A DNA stretch of 64,000 nucleotides, from the NCBI RefSeq assembly GCF_006345805.1, contig NC_043000.1:140926001-140990000 (forward strand). Reading direction: 5' to 3'. Source of the stretch: Octopus sinensis. Taxonomy: Eukaryota. Below the pieces are notes generated by a model. The model was not told where the DNA came from. It did no database searches and saw nothing but the letters and a program-made list of their open reading frames with translations. The translations under genes were made by a program, and so were the position numbers. Within the stretch, counting starts at the first letter, position 1; each line of letters begins with the position of its first letter. Below, piece after piece: positions 38,995 to 50,591 of this stretch.

Positions 38995-40992
38995 ACTTCC
39001 AATCTAAAAAATCAATATTTTAAAATATAAAAATAATAATTTTAAAATAATTAAAGTATGAATGAAAAAATATAAGTATATAATCCATATATAACCTATA
39101 TATAATCCATATATAATCAATATATAAACAATATATAAACTAAAAAAACCTATCAACAATTAAATATAAAATATAAAATATAAAATATAAAATATAAAAC
39201 AAAACAAAAAATAATAATATATAATAATAAACTATATATACACCCATACACATATACCTAATTATATATAACCATATCTAACTACATACACTAAATCACA
39301 CACCTATATATATATCCCTATACATACACATAAAAACGTCTAGGCAACTATAAATAAATAAAATAGCTAAATACTTCAACACAATACTTATTCATACTCC
39401 CACACACACACACATACAACCCACATTCACGCTCTAGAAAACGGACATCACTCAAAACTATGAACGGAGAAATGGAATAAATGGAATTAAAAATTATATT
39501 CACTTGGTAAAACGAACACTACTTAAAAATTATGAATGAAACAATGCAAAAAAACAACAGACATCGCAAATAGACACAAATTACTACGAATTCCTTAACA
39601 AACCTACCATGATAAACCAAAACTCATAAAAACATATAATGATAAAATCTCCCTTTACTAAACTCTATAACAAACCTATATAGCAATCCCCCTAACCTAA
39701 ACATTCACACACAAATACACACACGTAAACCACACACCCACGACATATACAAATACCCACACCACTTACACATACCAATACATACATATAAACCTCAACA
39801 TATACTCCAAAAACCCACTCAACCCCACACAGACAAATAAACACAAAAATTATGAATGGATTCTTTTATAAAACTACCATGATAAGCTAAAACTCACAAA
39901 ACAGAAATGATAAAACCTCCCTTTACTAAACACTATAACATACTTATATAGCAATCCCTTTAACCTATACATTCACACACAAAAACACACACGTAAACCA
40001 CACACCCATAACAAATAACACGCCCGCATACATGCATATGGGCGAAGTGCACAATCAAAAAACGCACACGTGTGTGTGTGCGTTCCCTGGTTGTGCAATT
40101 CACCCATCTGGTTGTGAGTGGGTGTAAGCGTATCGCTGTGGATGTCGAGCTTGATACGTATGTATATGAGTGTGTATTAGGGGGTTGTACATATTAATTG
40201 TGTGCATGTGCTTCACGCACTTGCGTCCATGTATGGATGAATATATTGGGATTACTATGTGGGTGTAAATTGGGTATGGAGGGGGGAGTTTTGTCATTGT
40301 ATGGGTGTGGGTTTCATTTGTGATGGTGGTTAGTTGGTGATTTTTAGTATGTTCTGTATATTTGGGTTAGTTATGTATTATTCTAGTGTGTATAATTGTA
40401 TACATATAATTGGTGTGAATGGGATTACGCCCATTTTTGGGGATGTATGTGTTTATTTATCCATGTGGGGCGGGAGTGGCCGTTAGGTGTATATGCTGAG
40501 GCTCACATGCAATTCCAGGTACAGCGAATGAAGTGGGCACTTATATTTGTTATGGGTGTGTGTACTTTATTATAACAGACAATACCCAAATAAAATCTGT
40601 CAATTCAACATACCAAATAAAAAACAAAAAACAAAGGGATCTTAAACATTCACACATACATACAAAACTCAATAAAAACACCACTAAATAACACCCATAA
40701 ACATATAAATATATCCTCCAAAATACATATAACAAATGCATAATAAAATAAAATAAAGATAAAAAAAAAAAAAATATATATATAAATAAAGAAAAAAAAA
40801 ATCTAATATAAATTATTAAAGTTTTAACGTACCATAAACTGTTAAATTAATATACATTAAAAATGAACTAATTAAAACAAAGAAATATCAATAAAGACTA
40901 ACTATAATTAAAGCCTAGACAACATAACCAAAAATATATTATCTAAACTAATTTAAACTAAACTAAAGTAACCTAAAAGGGAACTATTATTG

Positions 40993-43503
40993 CTATTTAT
41001 CATGAAACTTATTATATAGGTAAAGTAACTTATGTCTGCATTTTATTTTGCGCTCTTCACCAGTATTAAGTAAATTATCATACTTATAAAATAAAATTTC
41101 TTTAAACTCATTAGAGCATAAATAACAACAATTAGCTCCTATAGTATATGATTTAGTTTTACAAATTATTTCCCAAATTAAACTATAATTAATATTTAGT
41201 GATTTAAGACTCCAAATGTACTTACTAAGTCCGGTTGAGTTGATTAAGTTTTTATTTTTAAAAGAATTCATATGTTGTGCGATTCTTAGTTTTATTTTTG
41301 AGGAAGTAGAACCTATATAAACCGCTTTTGTGTAATTATTATTCTTAAAGTTATTATCATGTAATGTAACTATACATTTATACACTACATCGTTAATATC
41401 ACATTCATTATTTAATATACAATTAGATTTATCTCTACATGTACAATTAATATAAGTCTTATCATTATTAATATTATTATCAAATAATTTCTTTTTATAA
41501 AAATTATTCAGTTTATATTTATTAAATGAAGAAATAATGTTACCAACATTATTAGTGGTAGAGTAACCAACTCCAAAATTATTAAAAGAGAAAATGTTTC
41601 TATATTTACGATTATCTCTAATAAATAGTTCTATAACATCTAAAATCTCTTTAATAATATTCGTTTTTACTTGATCTCCATAAGGAACTATTAACCAAAT
41701 TTTATTCTTATTAACCTTATTATTATTATCATTATTATAAATATATTCATAATTCTTTATTTTATTAAAATTATTATCAGAATTATATCTATGTACAGCA
41801 TTTAAGGAATTATTAATATTATTAAATTTATCAATATAATTATTATAATAATTATTAAACTTATTTTTATTTATATTATTCTTATTTATATTATTATTAT
41901 TATATTTATTATTATTATTATTATTCTTATTTATATTTTTATCATTTTTATTATTTTTTTTATAATATCTATTATTTTTACCACTAAACCTAACAAAATT
42001 ATAATTATTATTAGAAGTATCTCGAAAATTAACAATTAAATCTTTATCACTAATATTATAAAATTTAATATTCCTATTATAACCTGCCCCTCTAAGGGCC
42101 TCATTATAATAATTAGCATGTTTATTAAAAATCTCTATATCATAAGAGAGTAATGAAATTATTATTATTATTAATCAACGATTTTTTAATAGAAAATGGG
42201 TGATTAATGGGTTTATATTATCATAAGGTTCATTAAGTTTATGATATGGTTTATGTGTGGTTACCTGTAATAAGATTAAAATTAACATCTAAATAATTAA
42301 CATTATAATTCTCCTTATATATAGTAATACTTAAACCATATCTTTTAAAGAAACTATATAGTTTTTTCTTATATACTTCTAGATTCCTATTAGTACAATT
42401 CTTTGTAACTAGTAGAAGATCGTCTCTATATAAACCACCCTCTATCTTAAGATTTTCTAATTGGAGTTCAGATAAAAGAAAAATACCTACTAAATCAGTA
42501 GCCTGTGCAGAATCTGGTGCTCCCATAGGTATATCAAAACAATCTCTAGTATCATTCCTAGCCCATAATTTATTTTTATATTTAATTAGCGATTTCCTAG
42601 CCATTTTAATTACATTAACTTCTTCCCGTGACATACCCACTTTATTCATTGCGAAAATAAGCGCTTTATTAAACACAATTTCATTAATAGAAGAATAATA
42701 ATTATCTATATCTATTTGAATAAATTTATAACGATTTTTATCTTTAATATTATTAAACCATTTCAATGTATTATTATTACTAAACCATAATTTTAAATAA
42801 TTAAGTTTATTTAACTTATCAATATATTTATCTAAAATAAATTTACTTAATTTACCTAGGTCCGATTTACATGGGCAAATTAATCTAACTTTAGGGTCTG
42901 AATAAAAATTATCTTTATGGTCTTTAAGAGTAATTCTGGGGTGCAAAGGTACATAAGGTTCAGTTTTATTATCCAACTCATATTTTAATATTACTACTTT
43001 AGAGGCCTTATTAATATTATAAAGAATATCATCTGGAACAATTTTATATTTTTTAATTATTTCTTTCCCTAATAGTTTATCATATAATTTAACATCTAAT
43101 TTATATAAGTTCCTTGTTTTATCAGATTGTACTATAATACCATCCATATTTCTCATATCTTTAATTTTAATTGCTAAATTCCTTAAATATTCATTATTTC
43201 TATTTGGGTATTTATGGAATTCAATATTTTTTACCACCTTCCATATACTATCTTCAAGTAATTGTAATTCTTTATTAAATGGAGGTTCCTTTCTAGATTT
43301 AAATTTAGAGGTAAAATTATCATTCCTACTATCAATATCATTAATAAATAAAAATTATAGTAAAAAGCTTTCCATTTAATTCTAGAAATAAAATCTTTAA
43401 CATTATTAACAAGTTTCAAGATAAATTCCTTTCTAGAAGGAATAGGAATATCTTTCAAAGATGAATCCCAAAACAGCGGTTCTATCTTACCTGTAAAATC
43501 CAT
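40993..43503 (-). pseudogene. PLE polyprotein (N-terminal domain, reverse transcriptase, linker, Cys knuckle, GIY-YIG endonuclease), frameshifted
   Basis: Motifs in order: SLKDIPIP..RIKWKAF; IVQSDKT; RLICPCKSDLGKLSK; IDIDNYYSSI; PMGAPDS; LYRDD; YLDVNFNL; HPFSIKK; IWLIVPY..VKTN; CTCR..C...C; VVY..YIG..R..H; C.LC..E; LLN..E...CRH. Frameshifts near 43345, 42200-42265 and ~42160. Confidence 0.92.
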
Positions 43504-43557
43504 AATTTACGAAATTGAGGTATTACACTCAATATACAAAATTATCAATATTATATA

Positions 43558-43630
43558 AATAATAAATATTAGGGAATAAATCCAAATTTACAGGGAAAAA
43601 AATCAGATTTAGGATTAAATCCAATTTTAT
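43558..43630 (-). repeat. 73-bp PLE 3' tail copied upstream of the ORF (minimal pseudo-LTR)
   Basis: Direct repeat of 38772-38844 (aataataaatattagggaataaatcc...ggattaaatccaattttat). It lies 54 nt upstream of the ATG at 43503. Confidence 0.9.
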
Positions 43631-45378
43631 GATAAAAATCGTTATAAATTTATTGAAATAGATATAGATAATTATTATTCTTCTATTAATGAAATTGTGT
43701 TTAATAAAGCGCTTATTTTCGCAATGAATAAAGTGGGTATGTCACGGGAAGAAGTTAATGTAATTAAAATGGCTAGGAAATCGCTAATTAAATATAAAAA
43801 TAAATTATGGGCTAGGAATGATACTAGAGATTGTTTTGATATACCTATGGGAGCACCAGATTCTGCACAGGCTACTGATTTAGTAGGTATTTTTCTTTTA
43901 TCTGAACTCCAATTAGAAAATCTTAAGATAGAGGGTGGTTTATATAGAGACGATCTTCTACTAGTTACAAAGAATTGTACTAATAGGAATCTAGAAGTAT
44001 ATAAGAAAAAACTATATAGTTTCTTTAAAAGATATGGTTTAAGTATTACTATATATAAGGAGAATTATAATGTTAATTATTTAGATGTTAATTTTAATCT
44101 TATTACAGGTAAAACACAACCATATCATAAACTTAATGAGAACCTTAGATATATAAATGTTAATAGTAATCACCCATTTTCTATTAAAAAATCGTTGATT
44201 AATAATAATAATAATTTCATTACTCTCTTATGATATAGAGATTTTTAATAAACATGCTAATTATTATAATGAGGCCCTTAGAGGGGCAGGTTATAATAGG
44301 AATATTAAATTTTATAATATTAGTGATAAAGATTTAATTGTTAATTTTCGAGATACTTCTAATAATAATTATAATTTTGTTAGGTTTAGTGGTAAAAATA
44401 ATAGATATTATAAAAAAATAATAAAAATGATAAAAATATAAATAAGAATAATAATAATAATAATAAATATAATAATAATAATATAAATAAGAATAATATA
44501 AATAAAAATAAGTTTAATAATTATTATAATAATTATATTGATAAATTTAATAATATTAATAATTCCTTAAATGCTGTACATAGATATAATTCTGATAATA
44601 ATTTAATAAAATAAAGAATTATGAATATATTTATAATAATGATAATAATAATAAGGTTAATAAGAATAAAATTTGGTTAATAGTTCCTTATGGAGATCAA
44701 GTAAAAACGAATATTATTAAAGAGATTTTAGATGTTATAGAACTATTTATTAGAGATAATCGTAAATATAGAAACATTTTCTCTTTTAATAATTTTGGAG
44801 TTGGTTACTCTACCACTAATAATGTTGGTAACATTATTTCTTCATTTAATAAATATAAACTGAATAATTTTTATAAAAAGAAATTATTTGATAATAATAT
44901 TAATAATGATAAGACTTATATTAATTGTACATGTAGAGATAAATCTAATTGTATATTAAATAATAATTGTGATATTAACGATGTAGTGTATAAATGTATA
45001 GTTACATTACATGATAATAACTTTAAGAATAATAATTACACAAAAGCGGTTTATATAGGTTCTACTTCCTCAAAAATAAAACTAAGAATCGCACAACATA
45101 TGAATTCTTTTAAAAATAAAAACTTAATCAACTCAACCGGACTTAGTAAGTACATTTGGAGTCTTAAATCACTAAATATTAATTATAGTTTAATTTGGGA
45201 AATAATTTGTAAAACTAAATCATATACTATAGGAGCTAATTGTTGTTATTTATGCTCTAATGAGTTTAAAGAAATTTTATTTTATAAGTATGATAATTTA
45301 CTTAATACTGGTGAAGAGCGCAAAATAAAATGCAGACATAAGTTACTTTACCTATATAATAAGTTTCATGATAAATAG
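43631..45378 (+). pseudogene. Inverted 5'-truncated PLE ORF (RT from DKNRYKF onward, plus GIY-YIG)
   Basis: Same protein as the left arm, starting mid-RT. YRDD at 43943-43954; GIY-YIG ORF 44986-45378 identical to the left copy. Homopolymer indels break the frame. Confidence 0.92.
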
Positions 45379-47379
45379 CAATAATAGTTCCCTTTTAGGT
45401 TACTTTAGTTTAGTTTAAATTAGTTTAGATAATATATTTTTGGTTATGTTGTCTAGGCTTTAATTATAGTTAGTCTTTATTGATATTTCTTTGTTTTAAT
45501 TAGTTCATTTTTAATGTATATTAATTTAACAGTTTATGGTACGTTAAAACTTTAATAATTTATATTAGATTTTTTTTTTCTTTATTTATATATATATATA
45601 TTTTTTTTTTTTTTAATTTTATTTTATTATGTATTTTTATTATGCATTTGTTATATGTATTTTGGAGGATATATTTATATGTTTATGGGTGTTATTTAGT
45701 GGTGTTTTTATTGAGTTTTGTATGTATGTGTGAATGTTTAAGATCCCTTTGTTTTTTGTTTTTTATTTGGTATGTTGAATTGACAGATTTTATTTGGGTA
45801 TTGTCTGTTATAATAAAGTACACACACCCATAACAAATATAAGTGCCCACTTCATTCGCTGTACCTGGAATTGCATGTGAGCCTCAGCATATACACCTAA
45901 CGGCCACTCCCGCCCCACATGGATAAATAAACACATACATCCCCAAAAATGGGCGTAATCCCATTCACACCAATTATATGTATACAATTATACACACTAG
46001 AATAATACATAACTAACCCAAATATACAGAACATACTAAAAATCACCAACTAACCACCATCACAAATGAAACCCACACCCATACAATGACAAAACTCCCC
46101 CCTCCATACCCAATTTACACCCACATAGTAATCCCAATATATTCATCCATACATGGACGCAAGTGCGTACACAATTAATATGTACAACCCCCTAACACAC
46201 ACTCATATACATACGTATCAAGCTCGACATCCACAGCGATACGCTTACACCCACTCACACCCAGATGGGTGAATTGCACAACCAGGGAACGCACACACAC
46301 ACGTGTGCGTTTTTTGATTGTGCACTTCGCCCATATGCATGTATGCGGGCGCGTTATTTGTTATGGGTGTGTGGTTTACGTGTGTGTTTTTGTGTGTGAA
46401 TGTATAGGTTAAAGGGATTGCTATATAAGTATGTTATAGTGTTTAGTAAAGGGAGGTTTTATCATTTCTGTTTTGTGAGTTTTAGCTTATCATGGTAGTT
46501 TTATAAAAGAATCCATTCATAATTTTTGTGTTTATTTGTCTGTGTGGGGTTGAGTGGGTTTTTGGAGTATATGTTGAGGTTTATATGTATGTATTGGTAT
46601 GTGTAAGTGGTGTGGGTATTTGTATATGTCGTGGGTGTGTGGTTTACGTGTGTGTATTTGTGTGTGAATGTTTAGGTTAGGGGGATTGCTATATAGGTTT
46701 GTTATAGAGTTTAGTAAAGGGAGATTTTATCATTATATGTTTTTATGAGTTTTGGTTTATCATGGTAGGTTTGTTAAGGAATTCGTAGTAATTTGTGTCT
46801 ATTTGCGATGTCTGTTGTTTTTTTGCATTGTTTCATTCATAATTTTTAAGTAGTGTTCGTTTTACCAAGTGAATATAATTTTTAATTCCATTTATTCCAT
46901 TTCTCCGTTCATAGTTTTGAGTGATGTCCGTTTTCTAGATCGTGAATGTGGATTGTATGTGTGTGTGTGTGTGAGTATGAATAAGTATTGTGTTGAAGGA
47001 TTTAGCTATTTTATTTATTTATAGTTGCCTAGACGTTTTTATGTGTATGTATAGGGATATATATATAGGTGTGTGATTTAGTGTATGTAGTTAGATATGG
47101 TTATATATAATTAGGTATATGTGTATGGGTGTATATATAGTTTATTATTATATTATTATTATTTTTTTGTTTTGTTTTATATTTTATATTTTATATTTTA
47201 TATTTTATATTTAATTGTTGATAGGTTTTTTTTAGTTTATATATTGTTTATATATTGATTATATATGGATTATATATAGGTTATATATGGATTATATACT
47301 TATATTTTTTCATTCATACTTTAATTATTTAAAATTATTATTTTTATATTTTAAAATATTGATTTTTTAGATTGGAAGT

Positions 47380-47422
47380 CCACCTGAAGATTGTCGATCA
47401 AGACAAGAAACGATTGTAGTGG
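47380..47422 (+). ncRNA. Minimal type I hammerhead ribozyme (PLE-associated)
   Basis: CCAC-CTGAAGA-TTGTC(gatcaa)GACAA-GAAA-C(gatt)G-TA|GTGG. Stem I is CCAC/GTGG, the core is intact, stem II has 5 bp, stem III is minimal, and GUA cleavage is predicted after 47418. Confidence 0.85.
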
Positions 47423-47580
47423 CGGTTTTTTTGACTATTTATTAAAATTTTATGTATTGATTAAGTCTTTCCTTGTTTGTTTTGCAAAATAGTGGTTTTG
47501 TCTCTAATAATATTTTATATACATATATATATATACACATGTATGTATGTATACACACACACATTCATATATTTATGGAT

Positions 47581-47633
<53 letters not shown>

Positions 47634-47635
<2 letters not shown>

Positions 47636-48489
47636 AGGTCTGATCAATAAGTATCTGATCTGTAGCCATCGTAACGAAGCTAAAGCACGCAGAGTAAAGT
47701 TGCTTGGCAGAGATTGACCTTGAACTCTGCTGTGCATGTGCACTATGTTTTAACGTTCTAGCTCACTTCCACTGTTTACAGCAGTGCTTGGAAGGAAGGT
47801 GTGTAGTGTGTGATCGTCGCATTGACCATGACAGAGAAAGCTCTCTGCTGAGAGGCCGACAAAGTTGCAGAAAGTGTATGAAGAGGAGTGTATGAGCTGC
47901 ACACAAGTGTACGAGTGGTTCTGATGTTTCCAAGATGGTCAATAAAATGTTGATATTGACGTATGTTCTGGGAGACCCGCAATGAACAGAACTGAGAAAA
48001 ATATCGCAGATGTGCGTGCAGCTGTGAGGGGAAATCATTGAATCACCATCTGTGAGTTATCAAAGAATGTGCAGATTAGTTGTGGTTCAGTTCATTTCAT
48101 TATAATCGAAGATTTGGATACATGACGCATGTCTACCAAGTTTGTGCCAAAATTGCTTTCAGCTGCCCAAAATGACATTTGGGTTTCAGTGGTTTGTGTC
48201 AAGAACGATGAAGAGTTTTTGAAAACTTTGTGCAGGCCTCACCAAGCTCTTGGCAAAATTTTGTGCAGATACTCTACTCAACTTTCTCTGTCATTATCCA
48301 ATACAATGATCACACACTACACACCTTCATTCCAAGCACTGCTGTAAACAGTGGGAGTAAGCTAGAACGTTAAAACGTAGTGCACATACACAGCAGAGGT
48401 CAAGGTCAATCTGTGCCTAGCAGCTTTACTCAGTGTTCTTTAACTTTGTTACTATGGCTACAGGATGGATACTTACTGATCAGACCACG
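47634..48489 (+). mobile_element. Non-autonomous mariner derivative with ~185-bp TIRs
   Basis: 47634-47820 is an inverted repeat of ~48305-48489. The interior is the 5' half of a transposase (NIADVRAAV, KFVPKLLS). Confidence 0.85.
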
Positions 48490-49079
48490 TATATATTTCT
48501 ATCCATTTTCCTCCTCCTCCCCCCATATATTTTCTTTCTTCATTCCTTTCTGTTGAAGAGCGCATTCTTGAAATGTTAAAGACTTCTCTGTTTTACCTGA
48601 GCATCAGACTAATACACCTTGTTTGTTACTCTCTCACCTGTCACTCTATTTTGATTTTTTTTTTTTGTACAATTTTGTGTAAATATCTATGCATAAACAT
48701 TGATAGAGAAAACTCAAGCGAGAGATAAATAGGTATTGATATATTCATTTATGAGCCAATAAGGAAACCAAATACATATACTTGAGCTAATTAGCAACTT
48801 AGAAGAAATAGCAACCAAATCTCAAAATCACACCCTACTAACAACTAAAAAAATAATGATAAAATGGACAGATATGTTAGATAATGTGGTTCTAGGTATT
48901 CAAAGACAGATTGGTATGTCTAGAATACATTTTCTCATGGATTTGCTCAATCTAGATCAAAAGAACAATCATTTTTAGCTATATTTATATTTGGTGGTTC
49001 TGTGAATGAGAGGAAACAAATTGATGTTCATCAAAGGAAAGTTTTTTTTACCATGTATATGAAGATACTTATGTAGTTT

Positions 49080-49480
49080 AGGTGTAGGAGTGGCTGTGTG
49101 GTAAGTAGCTTGCTTACCAACCACATGGTTCTGGGTTCAGTCCCATTGCACCTTGGGCAAGTGTCTTCTACTATAGCCTCGGGTTGACCAAAGCCTTGTG
49201 AGTGGATTTGGTAGAAAACTGAAAGAGGCTCGTCATATATATATATGTATATATATGTGTGTGTGTGTGTGTGTTTGTATGTCTGTGTTTGTCCTCCCAA
49301 CATCGCTTGACAACCGATGCTGATGTGTTTACGTCCCCTGTAACTTAGCAGTTCGGCAAAAGAGACCAATAGAATAAGTACTAGGCTTGCAAAGAATAAG
49401 TCCTAGGGTCGATTTGCTTGACTAAAGGTGGTGCTCCAGCATGGCAACAGTCAAATGACTGAAACAAGTAAAAGAGAGTA
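49080..49480 (+). mobile_element. tRNA-derived SINE family A
   Basis: Full-length copy. Confidence 0.85.
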
Positions 49481-50356
49481 TATAAACAAACAAAATGTCA
49501 GTGTTCTTTTAATTTTATACAAATCAAAATCATTCTTCTGTAGTTGGACTTCTGATGGGAACTGTGCATGAGAAATCTGTTGTCAAGAAAGCTATTAGTC
49601 TACAGCAATTTGGAAAAAATATAGATATTACTGAATGCCATTCCTTAAAAATTTGTGCAGACATATACTGTTCACACATATGCACATTGCCTTACACATA
49701 CCTGAACACACACACACACACACTCTCTCTCTCTCTCTCATATACACATTCACAACTAATGAGCAGTCTGATGAATGTCCGTTTGTTTTTTTAAAACATG
49801 ACAAAATTGAATGGAACCTTGATAAGAGTGTTCAACCTCCTATAATAGCTAAAATTACATCTAATGATCTCCATAAAACAAGAAAATGTAATTCCAAAAT
49901 TATTAATCTTTTACCATTCAAATTATTATATCAAATGTAATGCTTATTCACATTGTTTTGAATTAGTCATTCATTATTTCATAGCTTTGAGACTTCAATG
50001 ATGTGATTGTTTATATTAAGAATGACATTGTAAGGTAGGTTTGAGAAGTCACATCTGGCAAGTTTGAACATAGAACAGGTAGAATATTTTGCCCTGTTAT
50101 GACTGGTCTAAATGCTAAAGGATAAAGAGTTATGATAATCTTAACATTAGGTTTTCTTGGGGAAATTATGAACCTGGGTTCTCATTCCTAATGTTTGTCC
50201 AGAAGATGAAATCAATTTTTGAATTGTTACCAACAAAAAAAAAACTTATAGGGAAAATCCAAGAAGCACAACAAAGTATTTTAATGTGAAAGATAAGGTT
50301 TATTTCAAAATATACAAAAATGGAAGACAAGGGTGGGAGGACGGTATAGTGATGAA

Positions 50357-50591
50357 AAGGCAACTAGCTAGCAGAAACGTTAGCACGCTGGGCGAAATGC
50401 TTAGCGGTATTTCATCTGCCGTTATGTTCTGAGTTCAAATTCTGCCGAGGCCAACTTTGCCTTTCATCCTTTTGGGGTTGATTAAATAAGTACCAATTAC
50501 GCACTGGGGTTGATATAATTGACTTAATCCATTTGTCTGTTCTTGTTTGTCCTCTCTGTGTTTAGCCCCTTGTGGGTAGTAAAGAAATAAG
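50357..50591 (+). mobile_element. SINE family B
   Basis: Full copy. Confidence 0.8.

Larger units (their letters stand above)
38773..47519. mobile_element. Palindromic Penelope-like retroelement (Naiad-like): near full-length copy on - strand plus inverted 5'-truncated copy on + strand
   Basis: 38855-42742 is the reverse complement of 43631-47519, apart from scattered substitutions and short indels. RT and GIY-YIG motifs and a hammerhead occur in both arms. TATATACATATATATA flanks both ends (38757-38772, 47516-47531). Confidence 0.93.

Noticed and set aside
40993-43503. Selenocysteine recoding, reported in some Naiad elements
   Set aside because: Conserved Cys positions use TGT/TGC. The TGA at ~44231 is in the shifted frame, and no SECIS-like motif was seen.
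45642-45833. 63-aa hydrophobic ORF present identically in both PLE arms (also 40550-40741)
   Set aside because: Identity follows from the palindrome, and hydrophobicity from the T/G-rich composition. No independent coding evidence.
38773-47519. Fold-back read or assembly artefact, NUMT or contaminant
   Set aside because: The arms differ at many sites, the centre has a specific tail-leader junction, the flanks are distinct with a candidate TSD, and a related element occurs at 4.9 kb. No mitochondrial or bacterial genes are present. Read-level confirmation is still needed.
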